From positions 960,001-992,000 of the forward strand of contig NZ_OZ239769.1 of the NCBI RefSeq assembly GCF_965196625.1: DNA of 32,000 bases. Reading direction: 5' to 3'. Below the pieces are notes generated by a model. That model ran no database searches and was not told where the DNA came from. It saw only the letters and a list, made by a program, of their open reading frames with translations. Positions 1 through 8,140 of the stretch are shown in pieces (position 1 is the first letter of the stretch; every line of letters begins with the position of its first letter). Source of the DNA: Candidatus Saccharimonadota bacterium (GTDB lineage: Bacteria > Bacteroidota > Bacteroidia > Cytophagales > Amoebophilaceae). Made by a program: the position numbers and the translations under genes.

Positions 1-591
1 GAACGAATAACCAATATAGAGATAGCTAAATAACAGATTAAAGCCTCCTGTAGAACTGTGTTTCCCATTTTTAGGTGAGAAAGTAGTTTTCATTCCAACG
101 GTAATCCCTTTTAAATTACCCATGTTACTTAAATGATAATTTATTCCTATGGAAGGAAATGGCATCAATGAAGTATGATATTCTGCAGTTTCCCAATCTT
201 GAGCGCTATATGCACTAATGTATAAATCCCCATGCAATGAAAAATATTTATTTACATAATATCTATAGTTTCCACCTAACCCTACTGCGAAGGCTGCCCT
301 ATCATTACAATCTTTAAAAGTTATAGCCATTGCAGACCAGGCAAAAGAACTACCATCTTCTTTGTTGCGGTTATCATAGACTATCCCGATGCCTGGATTA
401 ACTACAAAAGCGCCATTTTTATCTAAGCCACGTGGAGCTTTTCGATAGGCTGGGTTAGAAGCATTAGCTCGTATATGATAGGATATTCCTGGAATAAATA
501 AACCTATTTCACCCCCAAGCGCATTCATTGAAAACAGAGCCACTGATAGGAGCATAACCCCTATTTTTTTTAAAAACGTACTGTTAAGCAT
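1..591 (-). CDS. outer-membrane beta-barrel protein, 3'-partial at window edge (PagL / acyloxyacyl-hydrolase-like)
   Basis: This ORF is absent from the ORF track because it runs off the window. The ATG is at 589-591 on the minus strand. My translation MLNSTFLKKIGVMLLSVALFSMNALGGE... shows a signal peptide followed by an alternating aromatic/Gly beta-strand pattern. It ends ...GGFNLLFSYLYIGYSF at bases 3-1, a terminal Phe typical of OMPs, so the stop must lie just outside the window. The INYHLSN motif resembles the HxSN His/Ser motif of the PagL lipid A deacylase family. Confidence 0.6.
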   Translation of the reverse strand, partial: MLNSTFLKKIGVMLLSVALFSMNALGGEIGLFIPGISYHIRANASNPAYRKAPRGLDKNGAFVVNPGIGIVYDNRNKEDGSSFAWSAMAITFKDCNDRAAFAVGLGGNYRYYVNKYFSLHGDLYISAYSAQDWETAEYHTSLMPFPSIGINYHLSNMGNLKGITVGMKTTFSPKNGKHSSTGGFNLLFSYLYIGYSF

Positions 592-648
592 CTTTCATTC
601 GTCTGTCAATTAATATGACATACCTTTACTTTATTATGCTGCTTTTAT

Positions 649-2175
649 CTAATTGCTCATAGAAACCAAAAACTCTTCATTATTACGTGTACCCCGCATT
701 TTCTTCAGTAGAAAATCCATTGCTTCTGTAGAGCTCATATCTGCCATGATGTTACGCAATATCCAGATGCGCGCCAGCTCCTCTTTTCCAATCAACAGCT
801 CTTCATGTCTGGTTCCAGAAGCAGGTACATCAATAGCTGGATAAATACGTTTATTGGCCAACTTGCGATCCAATTGCAATTCCATATTACCGGTACCTTT
901 AAATTCTTCAAAAATCACCTCATCCATCTTAGAGCCTGTATCAATAAGGGCCGTAGCCAAAATGGTCAATGACCCCCCATTTTCTACATTACGGGCAGCA
1001 CCAAAAAACCGTTGTGGTTTATGCAGGGCATTGGCATCAATACCGCCAGAAAGTATCTTTCCAGAAGAAGGGCTAACCGTATTGTGTGCCCGAGCGAGTC
1101 GGGTAATAGAGTCCAATAGAATCACAACATCCCGACCACATTCTACCATTCTCTTTGCTTTTTCTAAAACAATATTAGAAACTTTTACATGCCGCTCAGC
1201 CTGTTCATCAAAGGTTGAAGCAATTACCTCTGCTTTTACATTTCTAGCCATATCCGTCACCTCTTCTGGGCGCTCCCCAATGAGTAGCACAATCAAATAA
1301 ACCTCTGGGTGATTGGATGCAATCGCATTAGCGATCTCTTTTAACAGCACCGTTTTACCAGTTTTAGGTTGCGCTACAATCATACCACGCTGCCCCTTAC
1401 CAATAGGAGAAAACAAATCCATAATGCGGGTTGAATATTGACTGGCTCCATTGGAAATATGCAACTTATCATGTGGAAAAAGCGGCGTAAGGTGTTCAAA
1501 AGGAATGCGATTGCGCCCCTCCTCTGTGGTTACACCATTCATACAAATGACCTTTAAAAGGGCAAAGTATTTTTCTCCTTCTTTGGGTGGACGTATTTTA
1601 CCACGAATGGTATCGCCCGTTTTTAGGTTAAACAATTTGATTTGAGAGGGAGATACATACACATCGTCTGGACTGGCTAAATAGTGATAATCAGATGAAC
1701 GTAAAAAACCATAGCCATCTTGCATAATCTCTAATACACCTTCGCATTCAATAGTAGTATCCAAGCTATGCAATATACTTGCTTCTTTTTTACTCTTTTC
1801 AAACGAGGGGGGGGCCTCCTTTGGTTCTTTAGTGGAGACAACACGTTCAGTTACAACTGATTTTTCTGACTCTGCAGCCTCACTGCGCTTACCTTGTAGA
1901 TTAGATTCCGCTTGTGCTTCTACTGCTCTAGCCTTCACATAACCCCTCTTGGGCAATACAGGTGGGATGCCTTCTTTTGCAGGCAATGGTGTAACAAGCG
2001 GCTCATTATGCTTTTTTTGAGCCATCTCCCCTACAGGAAGTACCGCTTGCTGATCCAGTATTTTATAAATAAGTTCCTCTTTTGAAAGTGTTTTATAGCT
2101 TTTAACTTTAAATCTTTCTGCTATTTCGCGTAGCTCAGAAATAAGTTTTTGATTGAGCTCTCCGATATTATACAT
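649..2175 (-). CDS. rho: transcription termination factor Rho with extended N-terminal insertion
   Basis: The 508-aa ORF has an N-terminal Rho_N helix ([19 protein letters not shown]). It has a cold-shock-like RNA-binding domain ([15 protein letters not shown]...[16 protein letters not shown]). The Walker A is AQPKTGKT and the Walker B region is [19 protein letters not shown]-rich insertion of about 90 aa (roughly residues 45-135) lies between the N-terminal helix and the OB fold. Confidence 0.97.
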   Translation of the reverse strand: MYNIGELNQKLISELREIAERFKVKSYKTLSKEELIYKILDQQAVLPVGEMAQKKHNEPLVTPLPAKEGIPPVLPKRGYVKARAVEAQAESNLQGKRSEAAESEKSVVTERVVSTKEPKEAPPSFEKSKKEASILHSLDTTIECEGVLEIMQDGYGFLRSSDYHYLASPDDVYVSPSQIKLFNLKTGDTIRGKIRPPKEGEKYFALLKVICMNGVTTEEGRNRIPFEHLTPLFPHDKLHISNGASQYSTRIMDLFSPIGKGQRGMIVAQPKTGKTVLLKEIANAIASNHPEVYLIVLLIGERPEEVTDMARNVKAEVIASTFDEQAERHVKVSNIVLEKAKRMVECGRDVVILLDSITRLARAHNTVSPSSGKILSGGIDANALHKPQRFFGAARNVENGGSLTILATALIDTGSKMDEVIFEEFKGTGNMELQLDRKLANKRIYPAIDVPASGTRHEELLIGKEELARIWILRNIMADMSSTEAMDFLLKKMRGTRNNEEFLVSMSN

Positions 2176-2756
2176 GATTGAGTTAGGTGTAAATTAAATA
2201 AAGCCCATTAAAAATAATATGAACCATCCTAATGATTATTCTTAAAAATAAGTAGCAGCAACCTACTATTACATAGGCATGTAAGCTTAAGTATGTCAAT
2301 ATGCATTCAAAGAATACTATTTTTCAATTGATAATCAATCTATAAAATAAATTATCCAATACAACGCTTCAATACTCCACCATAAAGCTATTGTTAAGCA
2401 CCAATAACTTATGGTTATAGCACCCTTTATATTAACTATTTTTAGTATATTTTAGCTACCAAGCAGCAGCAATATCTGCATTAAATAGCATATTACCTTC
2501 TTATTTATTCTGATTTCGTTTTTAAATCTAGTAAGATATAGTCAAAAATAAGGGCATTTTTTTTAGATACAGAATATACAGCTAATTAATAAGGAATGAA
2601 TATCAATGTAGGACTCCGAATGCAGCCCCATGGCCAACTAACATGAACAATTATACAACTATAATTTGAAAAAGTCAAAAAAAGCAACCATTTTAAGCAA
2701 AAACAGATCGTTTTATTTAAAGTTATGTAGTTTTAAGCCAATCTTATGCTATATTA

Positions 2757-2838
2757 GACTTCTTTTGAAACGCTACTTCTGCTGAGGCACCGGGTCGACA
2801 AGCAAATTACCAACAGAAGTAGCACTTCAAAAGAAGTC
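2757..2838 (+). promoter_or_regulatory. long near-perfect hairpin in the serS leader (28-nt arms, 26-nt loop)
   Basis: The left arm at 2757-2784 is gacttcttttgaaacgctacttctgctg. The right arm at 2811-2838 is caacagaagtagcacttcaaaagaagtc. The arms are complementary at 25 of 28 positions. The hairpin ends 16 nt before the serS ATG, and no T-run follows it. Confidence 0.5.
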
Positions 2839-2854
2839 TTAAGAAACAAATAGA

Positions 2855-4126
2855 ATGATCGACTTACATCGTATAAGAACAGATAAACAGGCAGTAATAG
2901 ATGGCCTATATAAAAGAGGGTTGTCTAATGCAGAAACGCTCGTTGAAGCCATATGCAAGCTAGATATCGCAAAGCGGGCCACACAATCCGAGCTAGACAA
3001 CCTAGCTGCTACGCTTAATAAGCTGAATAAAGAAATAGGAGATGCATTGTGCCTACAAGGAGAAACGGCTTTATGGGAGGCCCAAAAAAGCGAAGTGCAT
3101 CGCTTAAAAGAACAGGTCAAAGCATTAACGAAAAGGTTTCAGGAATATAAATCATCTCTATTAGAGCAGCTCTATGCACTGCCCAACCTGCCTCATGCAA
3201 GCGTACCGAATGGCAAGCATGCTGACGACAATCTTATTATCTATCAAACGCCATCAAGTGGCAGAAAGCAAAATTGGGCCCACTGGGATTTGGTTAAAAA
3301 ATATGACCTAGTAGACTTTGAACTGGGCAATAAAATTACAGGTGCTGGCTTTCCAGTATATAAGGGAAAAGGTGCTAAGCTACAACGTGCTTTAATCAAC
3401 TTTTTTTTGGACCAAGCATCAAAAGCGGGCTATATAGAAGTTCAACCTCCTATTTTGGTAAACGAGGCCTCTGCCTATGCAACAGGTCAACTGCCTGATA
3501 AAGAGGGGCAGATGTATTTGATTCCATCGGAACAATTGTATCTGATACCTACTGCAGAAGTATCTATTACAAACATCTATCGTGATACCATGGTAGCAAC
3601 GGCTGCACTCCCCATCAAACATGTAGGGTATACGCCTTGCTTTAGGCGGGAAGCAGGCTCTTGGGGAGCTGATGTACGTGGACTCAATAGGCTACATCAA
3701 TTTGACAAGGTAGAGTTGGTTCAGATTTGTCATCCTGACCATTCTTACGCCAACCTAGAAGAGATGTTAGCCTATGTACAAGGATTAGTAGAACAGCTAG
3801 GGTTACCTTATCGTATTCTAAAACTTTGTAGTGGAGATTTAGGGTTTTGCGCTGCTATGACCTACGATATAGAAGTACATGCTATAGGCCAAGATAGGTG
3901 GCTAGAGGTAAGTTCAATTAGTAATTTCGAAAGCTTCCAATCCAATAGATTATCATTAAGGTATAAAGACAAAAATAAAAAAAGTTGTCTTTTACATACC
4001 TTAAATGGCAGTGGATTAGCTCTTCCACGTATACTAGCGGCCCTATTAGAATGGAATCAAACCCCAGAGGGCATCCAAATTCCAAAGGTTTTACAACCTT
4101 ATACAGGATTTGATATCATTGATTAA
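2855..4126 (+). CDS. serS: seryl-tRNA synthetase
   Basis: The 423-aa ORF has an N-terminal coiled-coil tRNA-binding arm. Class II aaRS motifs are present: YTPCFRREAGSWGADVRGLNRLHQFDKVE (motif 2) and NGSGLALPRILAALLE (motif 3). Confidence 0.97.
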   Translation: MIDLHRIRTDKQAVIDGLYKRGLSNAETLVEAICKLDIAKRATQSELDNLAATLNKLNKEIGDALCLQGETALWEAQKSEVHRLKEQVKALTKRFQEYKSSLLEQLYALPNLPHASVPNGKHADDNLIIYQTPSSGRKQNWAHWDLVKKYDLVDFELGNKITGAGFPVYKGKGAKLQRALINFFLDQASKAGYIEVQPPILVNEASAYATGQLPDKEGQMYLIPSEQLYLIPTAEVSITNIYRDTMVATAALPIKHVGYTPCFRREAGSWGADVRGLNRLHQFDKVELVQICHPDHSYANLEEMLAYVQGLVEQLGLPYRILKLCSGDLGFCAAMTYDIEVHAIGQDRWLEVSSISNFESFQSNRLSLRYKDKNKKSCLLHTLNGSGLALPRILAALLEWNQTPEGIQIPKVLQPYTGFDIID

Positions 4127-4352
4127 AAAATCCTTATTAAGCAGTTTACCAAATCGTTTGTATCGATGCACCTCATCGCATCTACTGGAAGCTCCCTCCA
4201 GTAAGTGGTTTTACTGCTTGCCCCAAAAAACACATCCAACATGTCGATCCAATCCATATATGCTATCGCTTTATAAACACATTTACAATATTTTCTGCAT
4301 TTTAATGATCATTATGATGCATCGCTAGATAGTAGTAAACTGAGTTGCGATG

Positions 4353-4384
4353 TTAAGAAAAGAAATCCATGTTTCTTTTCTTAA
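4353..4384. terminator. perfect 13-bp stem-loop between serS and the decayed region
   Basis: The sequence is ttaagaaaagaaa (4353-4365), loop tccatg, then tttcttttcttaa (4372-4384). It is AT-rich and could serve either strand. Confidence 0.4.
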
Positions 4385-4389
4385 AGATT

Positions 4390-4718
4390 CTAAAATAGAG
4401 GTGCTACCTGACGGCCTTTTAATACTTTGAAAAATGAGCTAAGCACAGAAAGTACTTCTTCATAGTGCTCCTTTTCGCAAGAAATAAGTGGGCTATCATA
4501 TTCATCGATTAAGATAATAGGGGTAGGTTCATAATGATCCAGTTTACTGAACAAATTAATTACTCTACTTAAGTAATCTTCGCATGCTTCTTCTACTGAA
4601 ATATTTATCTTATCCTCTACCTTATAAAGCTCGGCAATATCATATAATTTTCTATTGAGACTCTTTTCTAATGTCCCTGGATTGCCTTTGGATACTTCCG
4701 AAAAGTTTAACCAGGAGA
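4390..4718 (-). pseudogene. fragment of an AAA-ATPase-like (PF09820-type) gene, same family as 27804-29573
   Basis: My minus-strand translation reads ...NFSEVSKGNPGTLEKSLNRKLYDIAELYKVEDKINISVEEACEDYLSRVINLFSKLDHYEPTPIILIDEYDSPLISCEKEHYEEVLSVLSSFFKVLKGRQVAPLF*. It carries the IDEYDxPL Walker-B-like signature seen in the intact paralogue (YMLIDEYDTPL). It stops about 300 aa early, and its 5' side abuts a group II intron 3' end. Confidence 0.6.
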
Positions 4719-5306
4719 GTAGACCGGTGGAACTTCCCCACCAGCCCCTCGCAGAACTGCACCGAAATCTCTCGATTTATGCAGCTCCCATTATTTAGCC
4801 TTTGATCTCTCTCATAATCTCAACCCAAGCGTCCAATGATAGAATATAGATGGAGAACCAGCTCTCACTTTTCCTAGAAATTGCTTTGCTAGATTTTCGT
4901 GACCTCGTAGTTTCTTATACTTGGCCTGGACCCACCTTACGAGATATCTCTCTATATTAACGAGAGGTCTGTACATCGCCGATTTATAAAACCTGCCGTA
5001 GTACTGATACCAGCCTCTGACTTTGGGATTTATTTTCTTTGATATTGACTCCAACGTGGTCCACGTGATGTGATGTATTCTCCATGATTTTATGACTCTC
5101 TGAACCTTGATGCTAGCTTTCCTACTAATTGCGGGTAAAAAAGAGACAAAATATTGTCCCAACTTATTCTTTGCTTGTCTAGGTCTAAAAGTGTAGCCTA
5201 AGAAGTCAAAGCTTTCGTTTGGAAATGCCTCTTTCCTGGAATCGTCCTTGCAATACACTATTTGTGTCTTTTCAGGATGAAGACGTAATTTGTACTTGGC
5301 CAGCCT
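4719..5306 (-). mobile_element. group II intron 3' remnant (RT/maturase C-terminus + domains V and VI), 5' part deleted
   Basis: The open frame 4812-5306 translates as ...AKYKLRLHPEKTQIVYCKDDSRKEAFPNESFDFLGYTF...RGWYQYYGRF... This matches RT domain 7 plus the maturase X domain. It is followed by a 34-nt domain V at 4754-4787 and a domain VI-like hairpin ending ...GGTCTAC near 4719. RT domains 0-6 and intron domains I-III are absent. Confidence 0.8.
4754..4787 (-). ncRNA. group II intron domain V
   Basis: The minus strand reads GAGCTGCATAAATCGAGAGATTTCGGTGCAGTTC. It has the canonical 34-nt D5 shape: a GAGC...GTTC closing stem, the AGC catalytic triad position, a 2-nt bulge region and a GAGA tetraloop. 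Confidence 0.75.
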
Positions 5307-5548
5307 CTAAAAAAAGAAGAAAGATTTTGCGCAAATGCTTTGTTCCATATCTATTGCGATCCTGTTTTTCTTAAAAAGAAATAAAATACTTTAGTAGGAT
5401 ATGGTTATTTCATGGTATTCAAAGGTAGGTTAGGTATATACAGGCGGACTAGTTTTATTGCTTTTTACTAAATAATTTCTTAAAATTGTGAAAACTCTCT
5501 TAATAAAAAAGAGACATATCTATAATTATAATTTAAAAAAAAACAAGC

Positions 5549-6583
5549 ATGAAAAAGTATTTAGTTTTGGTGCCTCTTATTGCATCCTGTAGTGGGGTAA
5601 GAGAGCCTAATAGTATGATGAAGAATCAAGAAGAAGGTAGTCAGGGGGAAGGATTGAGTAATGTAAATCTAAAAAATATTAATAATCAAAAATTGACAAT
5701 AAGTGGTCTGGTTGCACACAAATTAGCCAGTAAATGGCTTGGTAAGAAGCAGAATGAACTAAATCTAGATGATATTATAAAACACTTTAAAGAAATTAAA
5801 GAGAATCTTAAATACGTTAAATTGCCACAGACAGACTTTTTTAAGAAAAAATTTATTAATGCTTTGCTTAGTTATCATAAAAAAGATATTAGTACGTATC
5901 ATTTGATTCCTGAATCAGAGAGAAATAATGGTGATTTACAACTCATTCAAGCGTTATTAGAAATATTGTTGAATAATCCAGATATTGACGTTAATAATGA
6001 AAATTACTTTGGTAATTCCGCTCTCACATTAGCAATGGATATAGCTGATCCAGACGAGGATGATAGTAGAGACGTAATTTATATAAATTCATTCAAAATA
6101 TTGTTGAATCATCCAAATATTGACGTTAACATAAAAGATGGTAATGGTAATACCCCACTTGTTTTAGCAATAAGGCATATAAGTAGTGGGAAAGAATTAC
6201 ATGTAGAAAATGGGGTAAATGCAATCAAAATGTTACTAAATCATAAAAACATTGATGTTAATAAAGCAGGTAAGAGCGGACTGGTTCCTATCTTATTAGA
6301 ACTAACGAAAAAAAACACAAATATAGATGTATTAAAAATGTTGCTGGAGCACCCAAGCAATAATTTTAAGATCAACTCCGTAAATGATTCTAATCATACC
6401 TTGCTTAAAATAGCAATAGACTATTGTAATTTGGAGGCAGTCAAATTATTCTTGAGTTATCCAGATATTCTGGTTCGCAAAGAGGATTTGGATTTTGCAA
6501 AATCACGATATGATTATTGCAAGAGTGAAAAAACTAAGGCTATATACAACATGTTACTGAGCCATAAAGGTAATAAGGGATAA
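5549..6583 (+). CDS. ankyrin-repeat lipoprotein (eukaryote-like repeat protein)
   Basis: The N-terminus MKKYLVLVPLIASCSG is a signal peptide with a lipobox Cys. There are about 5 ANK-like repeats with a recurring LLNxPNIDVN...GNTPLxLAI pattern. The repeats are also visible at nucleotide level, for example 5971-6010 versus 6101-6140. Confidence 0.85.
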   Translation: MKKYLVLVPLIASCSGVREPNSMMKNQEEGSQGEGLSNVNLKNINNQKLTISGLVAHKLASKWLGKKQNELNLDDIIKHFKEIKENLKYVKLPQTDFFKKKFINALLSYHKKDISTYHLIPESERNNGDLQLIQALLEILLNNPDIDVNNENYFGNSALTLAMDIADPDEDDSRDVIYINSFKILLNHPNIDVNIKDGNGNTPLVLAIRHISSGKELHVENGVNAIKMLLNHKNIDVNKAGKSGLVPILLELTKKNTNIDVLKMLLEHPSNNFKINSVNDSNHTLLKIAIDYCNLEAVKLFLSYPDILVRKEDLDFAKSRYDYCKSEKTKAIYNMLLSHKGNKG

Positions 6584-6652
6584 ACAAGGTCCTTTGTTTT
6601 AAGTCTGTAAATTATTTTTTGGTTTCTTAGATTCTATTTTCATATTTAATTA

Positions 6653-6703
6653 AAAAATGGGCCATAGCACTATTCCAATTGTGAATTGTAATGGCCCATT
6701 TTT
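6653..6703. terminator. bidirectional stem-loop (13-bp perfect stem flanked by A-run and T-run)
   Basis: The left arm aaaaatgggccat is at 6653-6665 and the right arm atggcccattttt is at 6691-6703. It lies downstream of the ankyrin gene and has oligo-A/oligo-T flanks. Confidence 0.6.
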
Positions 6704-6712
6704 GTCTCATAT

Positions 6713-6850
6713 AGTGTGGCTTTGATATAGAGTGGCTAGCAATGTACTGTTTTGGAACAAGTTCATTTCCCACCTGAATTAAGGCTCCCCTATTCCCGCA
6801 ATACAATGCGCTCGGTTGTCTCGTCTAAGCGTCGTTTTCTAAGAGGGTTC
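6713..6850 (+). mobile_element. possible group II intron 5' fragment (diverged copy of the 17415-17821 segment)
   Basis: The segment starts GTGTG at 6713-6717, 9 nt after the terminator hairpin. The stretch tagagtggctagcaatgtactgt resembles tagagaggctagtatgtaccagt at the 5' end of the minus-strand segment ending at 17821. GC is locally elevated and there is no ORF on either strand. Confidence 0.3.
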
Positions 6851-6868
6851 GCCTTGGATATAGGAAAT

Positions 6869-8140
6869 CTACCCCTCTTCCTGGCCATATCTACTGGTTA
6901 AACTCAATGAACCAGATTTTTTATCAACTAGATTATACGTGGCATAAGCAGCTAACACCGATTTTCCAGAAAAGGCATTACCAACTTCTATTACCTCCTG
7001 GACATGAGGATATTGTAATATTTCAGTATGATAGGCTTGATTTTATATTTGCGATAAGGCCAGTTTAACTGAATTTTCCAGTTCTTCTTCTTTCCAAACC
7101 TGTTTAAATTCTAATAGCAGCGCCTTGGGACCTTCTTTTTTAGGTATTAATAAGAGATCGTAACGACCCAAACCACCTTCTCGATTGGAGCGTATATAAT
7201 GGGTGATACCCAAACTGGCTAACATCCCTAACACAAGACCATCGTAAAAGCCTTCTGATGTGCTACTTTTTTTTGTATAAAAATAGCTAACACTACGACG
7301 TAAAAAGTAACTAAGCTGTTCTACAAAAGCAGAAACCTCACCAACTACTAAATGTTTCAAAAAAGAATCATATTGTCGCTTTCGCTCAAACTGATTGACG
7401 AACCATTCTTGAAAAAATGTACTATAGAGTCTCCATATTTCATAGTTGGGTACTCTGACTCTACAATCATATACATTCGTATAGGCACTTAAATTACTTT
7501 TCTAAAAGGTCAAATAGCCAGCAAATAATAAAAGGCTCCAAAAAGATGTGTCATCTTTATCTAGGATATCAAAAGAAAGATGTTTATTAATGGATATATC
7601 TAAGGATTCCCCTCGCATTAACTGTTCAAATTGCTCTTTGATATCCGTATGAGCAGTAAGTATCTTTTGTTCAATTAAGTTATTATTACCCGTATTCACC
7701 CAATAGACATCAAAACGACCCGACTTATTGATACAAGAAATAATAGACCATGGATTATACATCACCAAGTTGTCTACTTTATAGCCATTATACCAGTTTC
7801 TTACTTCTTCCATGGAAGTACTAAGGCTTTGTCCTTTAAATAGAGATGAAACTTCATCTTCACTAAAGCCAAAGCGACTACTATACTCTTCGTCCAGCAA
7901 GGTATAAGTTTCTAGGTTATTCAACCCAGATAGCATACTATCCTTAGAAACACGCAATATGCCGGTTAATAGGCCTCTTTCCAGCGCAGTATTACCTTTT
8001 AGCGCATTACTAAATAGATTACGCATAAACTTGACCATACGATTCAAGTATGTCTTATTACCATAAGCTTTATTGAGTGGCGTATCATATTCATCTATTA
8101 GCATATAGACCTTTTGACCATGATGTTGGTAGAGGATTTG
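6869..8140 (-). pseudogene. AAA-ATPase-like / PD-(D/E)XK (PF09820+PF08011-type) gene, N-terminally truncated with two in-frame stops
   Basis: The track pieces 7502-8104 and 7043-7360, plus the untracked tail 6869-7042, are all in one frame. They are collinear with residues ~168-589 of the intact paralogue at 27804-29573. TAG at 7502-7504 replaces the Gln of ...YLTFQTSN. TAA at 7043-7045 replaces the Gln of ...QIQTQAY. The first ~165 codons are missing, and the break abuts the stop of the 8141-10216 gene. Confidence 0.85.

Noticed and set aside
653-1645. Three plus-strand ORFs (653-844, 854-1300, 1451-1645) lie inside the rho locus.
   Set aside because: They are antisense shadow ORFs of a strongly supported rho gene. 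Their translations are low-complexity (Ser/Ile/Arg-rich) and show no motifs.
2757-2838. I considered whether the serS leader hairpin is a T-box riboswitch.
   Set aside because: There is no specifier-loop/T-box architecture: no conserved 14-nt T-box sequence and no terminator/antiterminator alternative. T-boxes are essentially a Firmicutes/Actinobacteria feature and are not expected in Bacteroidota.
2839-3622. Minus-strand ORFs 2839-3120 and 3419-3622 overlap serS.
   Set aside because: They are antisense to a complete, motif-bearing serS and have no recognisable features.
4110-4328. A 72-aa ORF overlaps the serS stop.
   Set aside because: It overlaps the serS 3' end and has an odd composition with no motifs. 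The region looks like non-coding DNA downstream of serS.
6720-6870. I considered whether the minus-strand GGGGTAGATTTCC...AAAACGACGCTTAGACGAG stretch is tmRNA.
   Set aside because: There is no tRNA-like acceptor or T-arm pairing, no credible tag reading frame ending in ALAA-stop, and the segment is too short.
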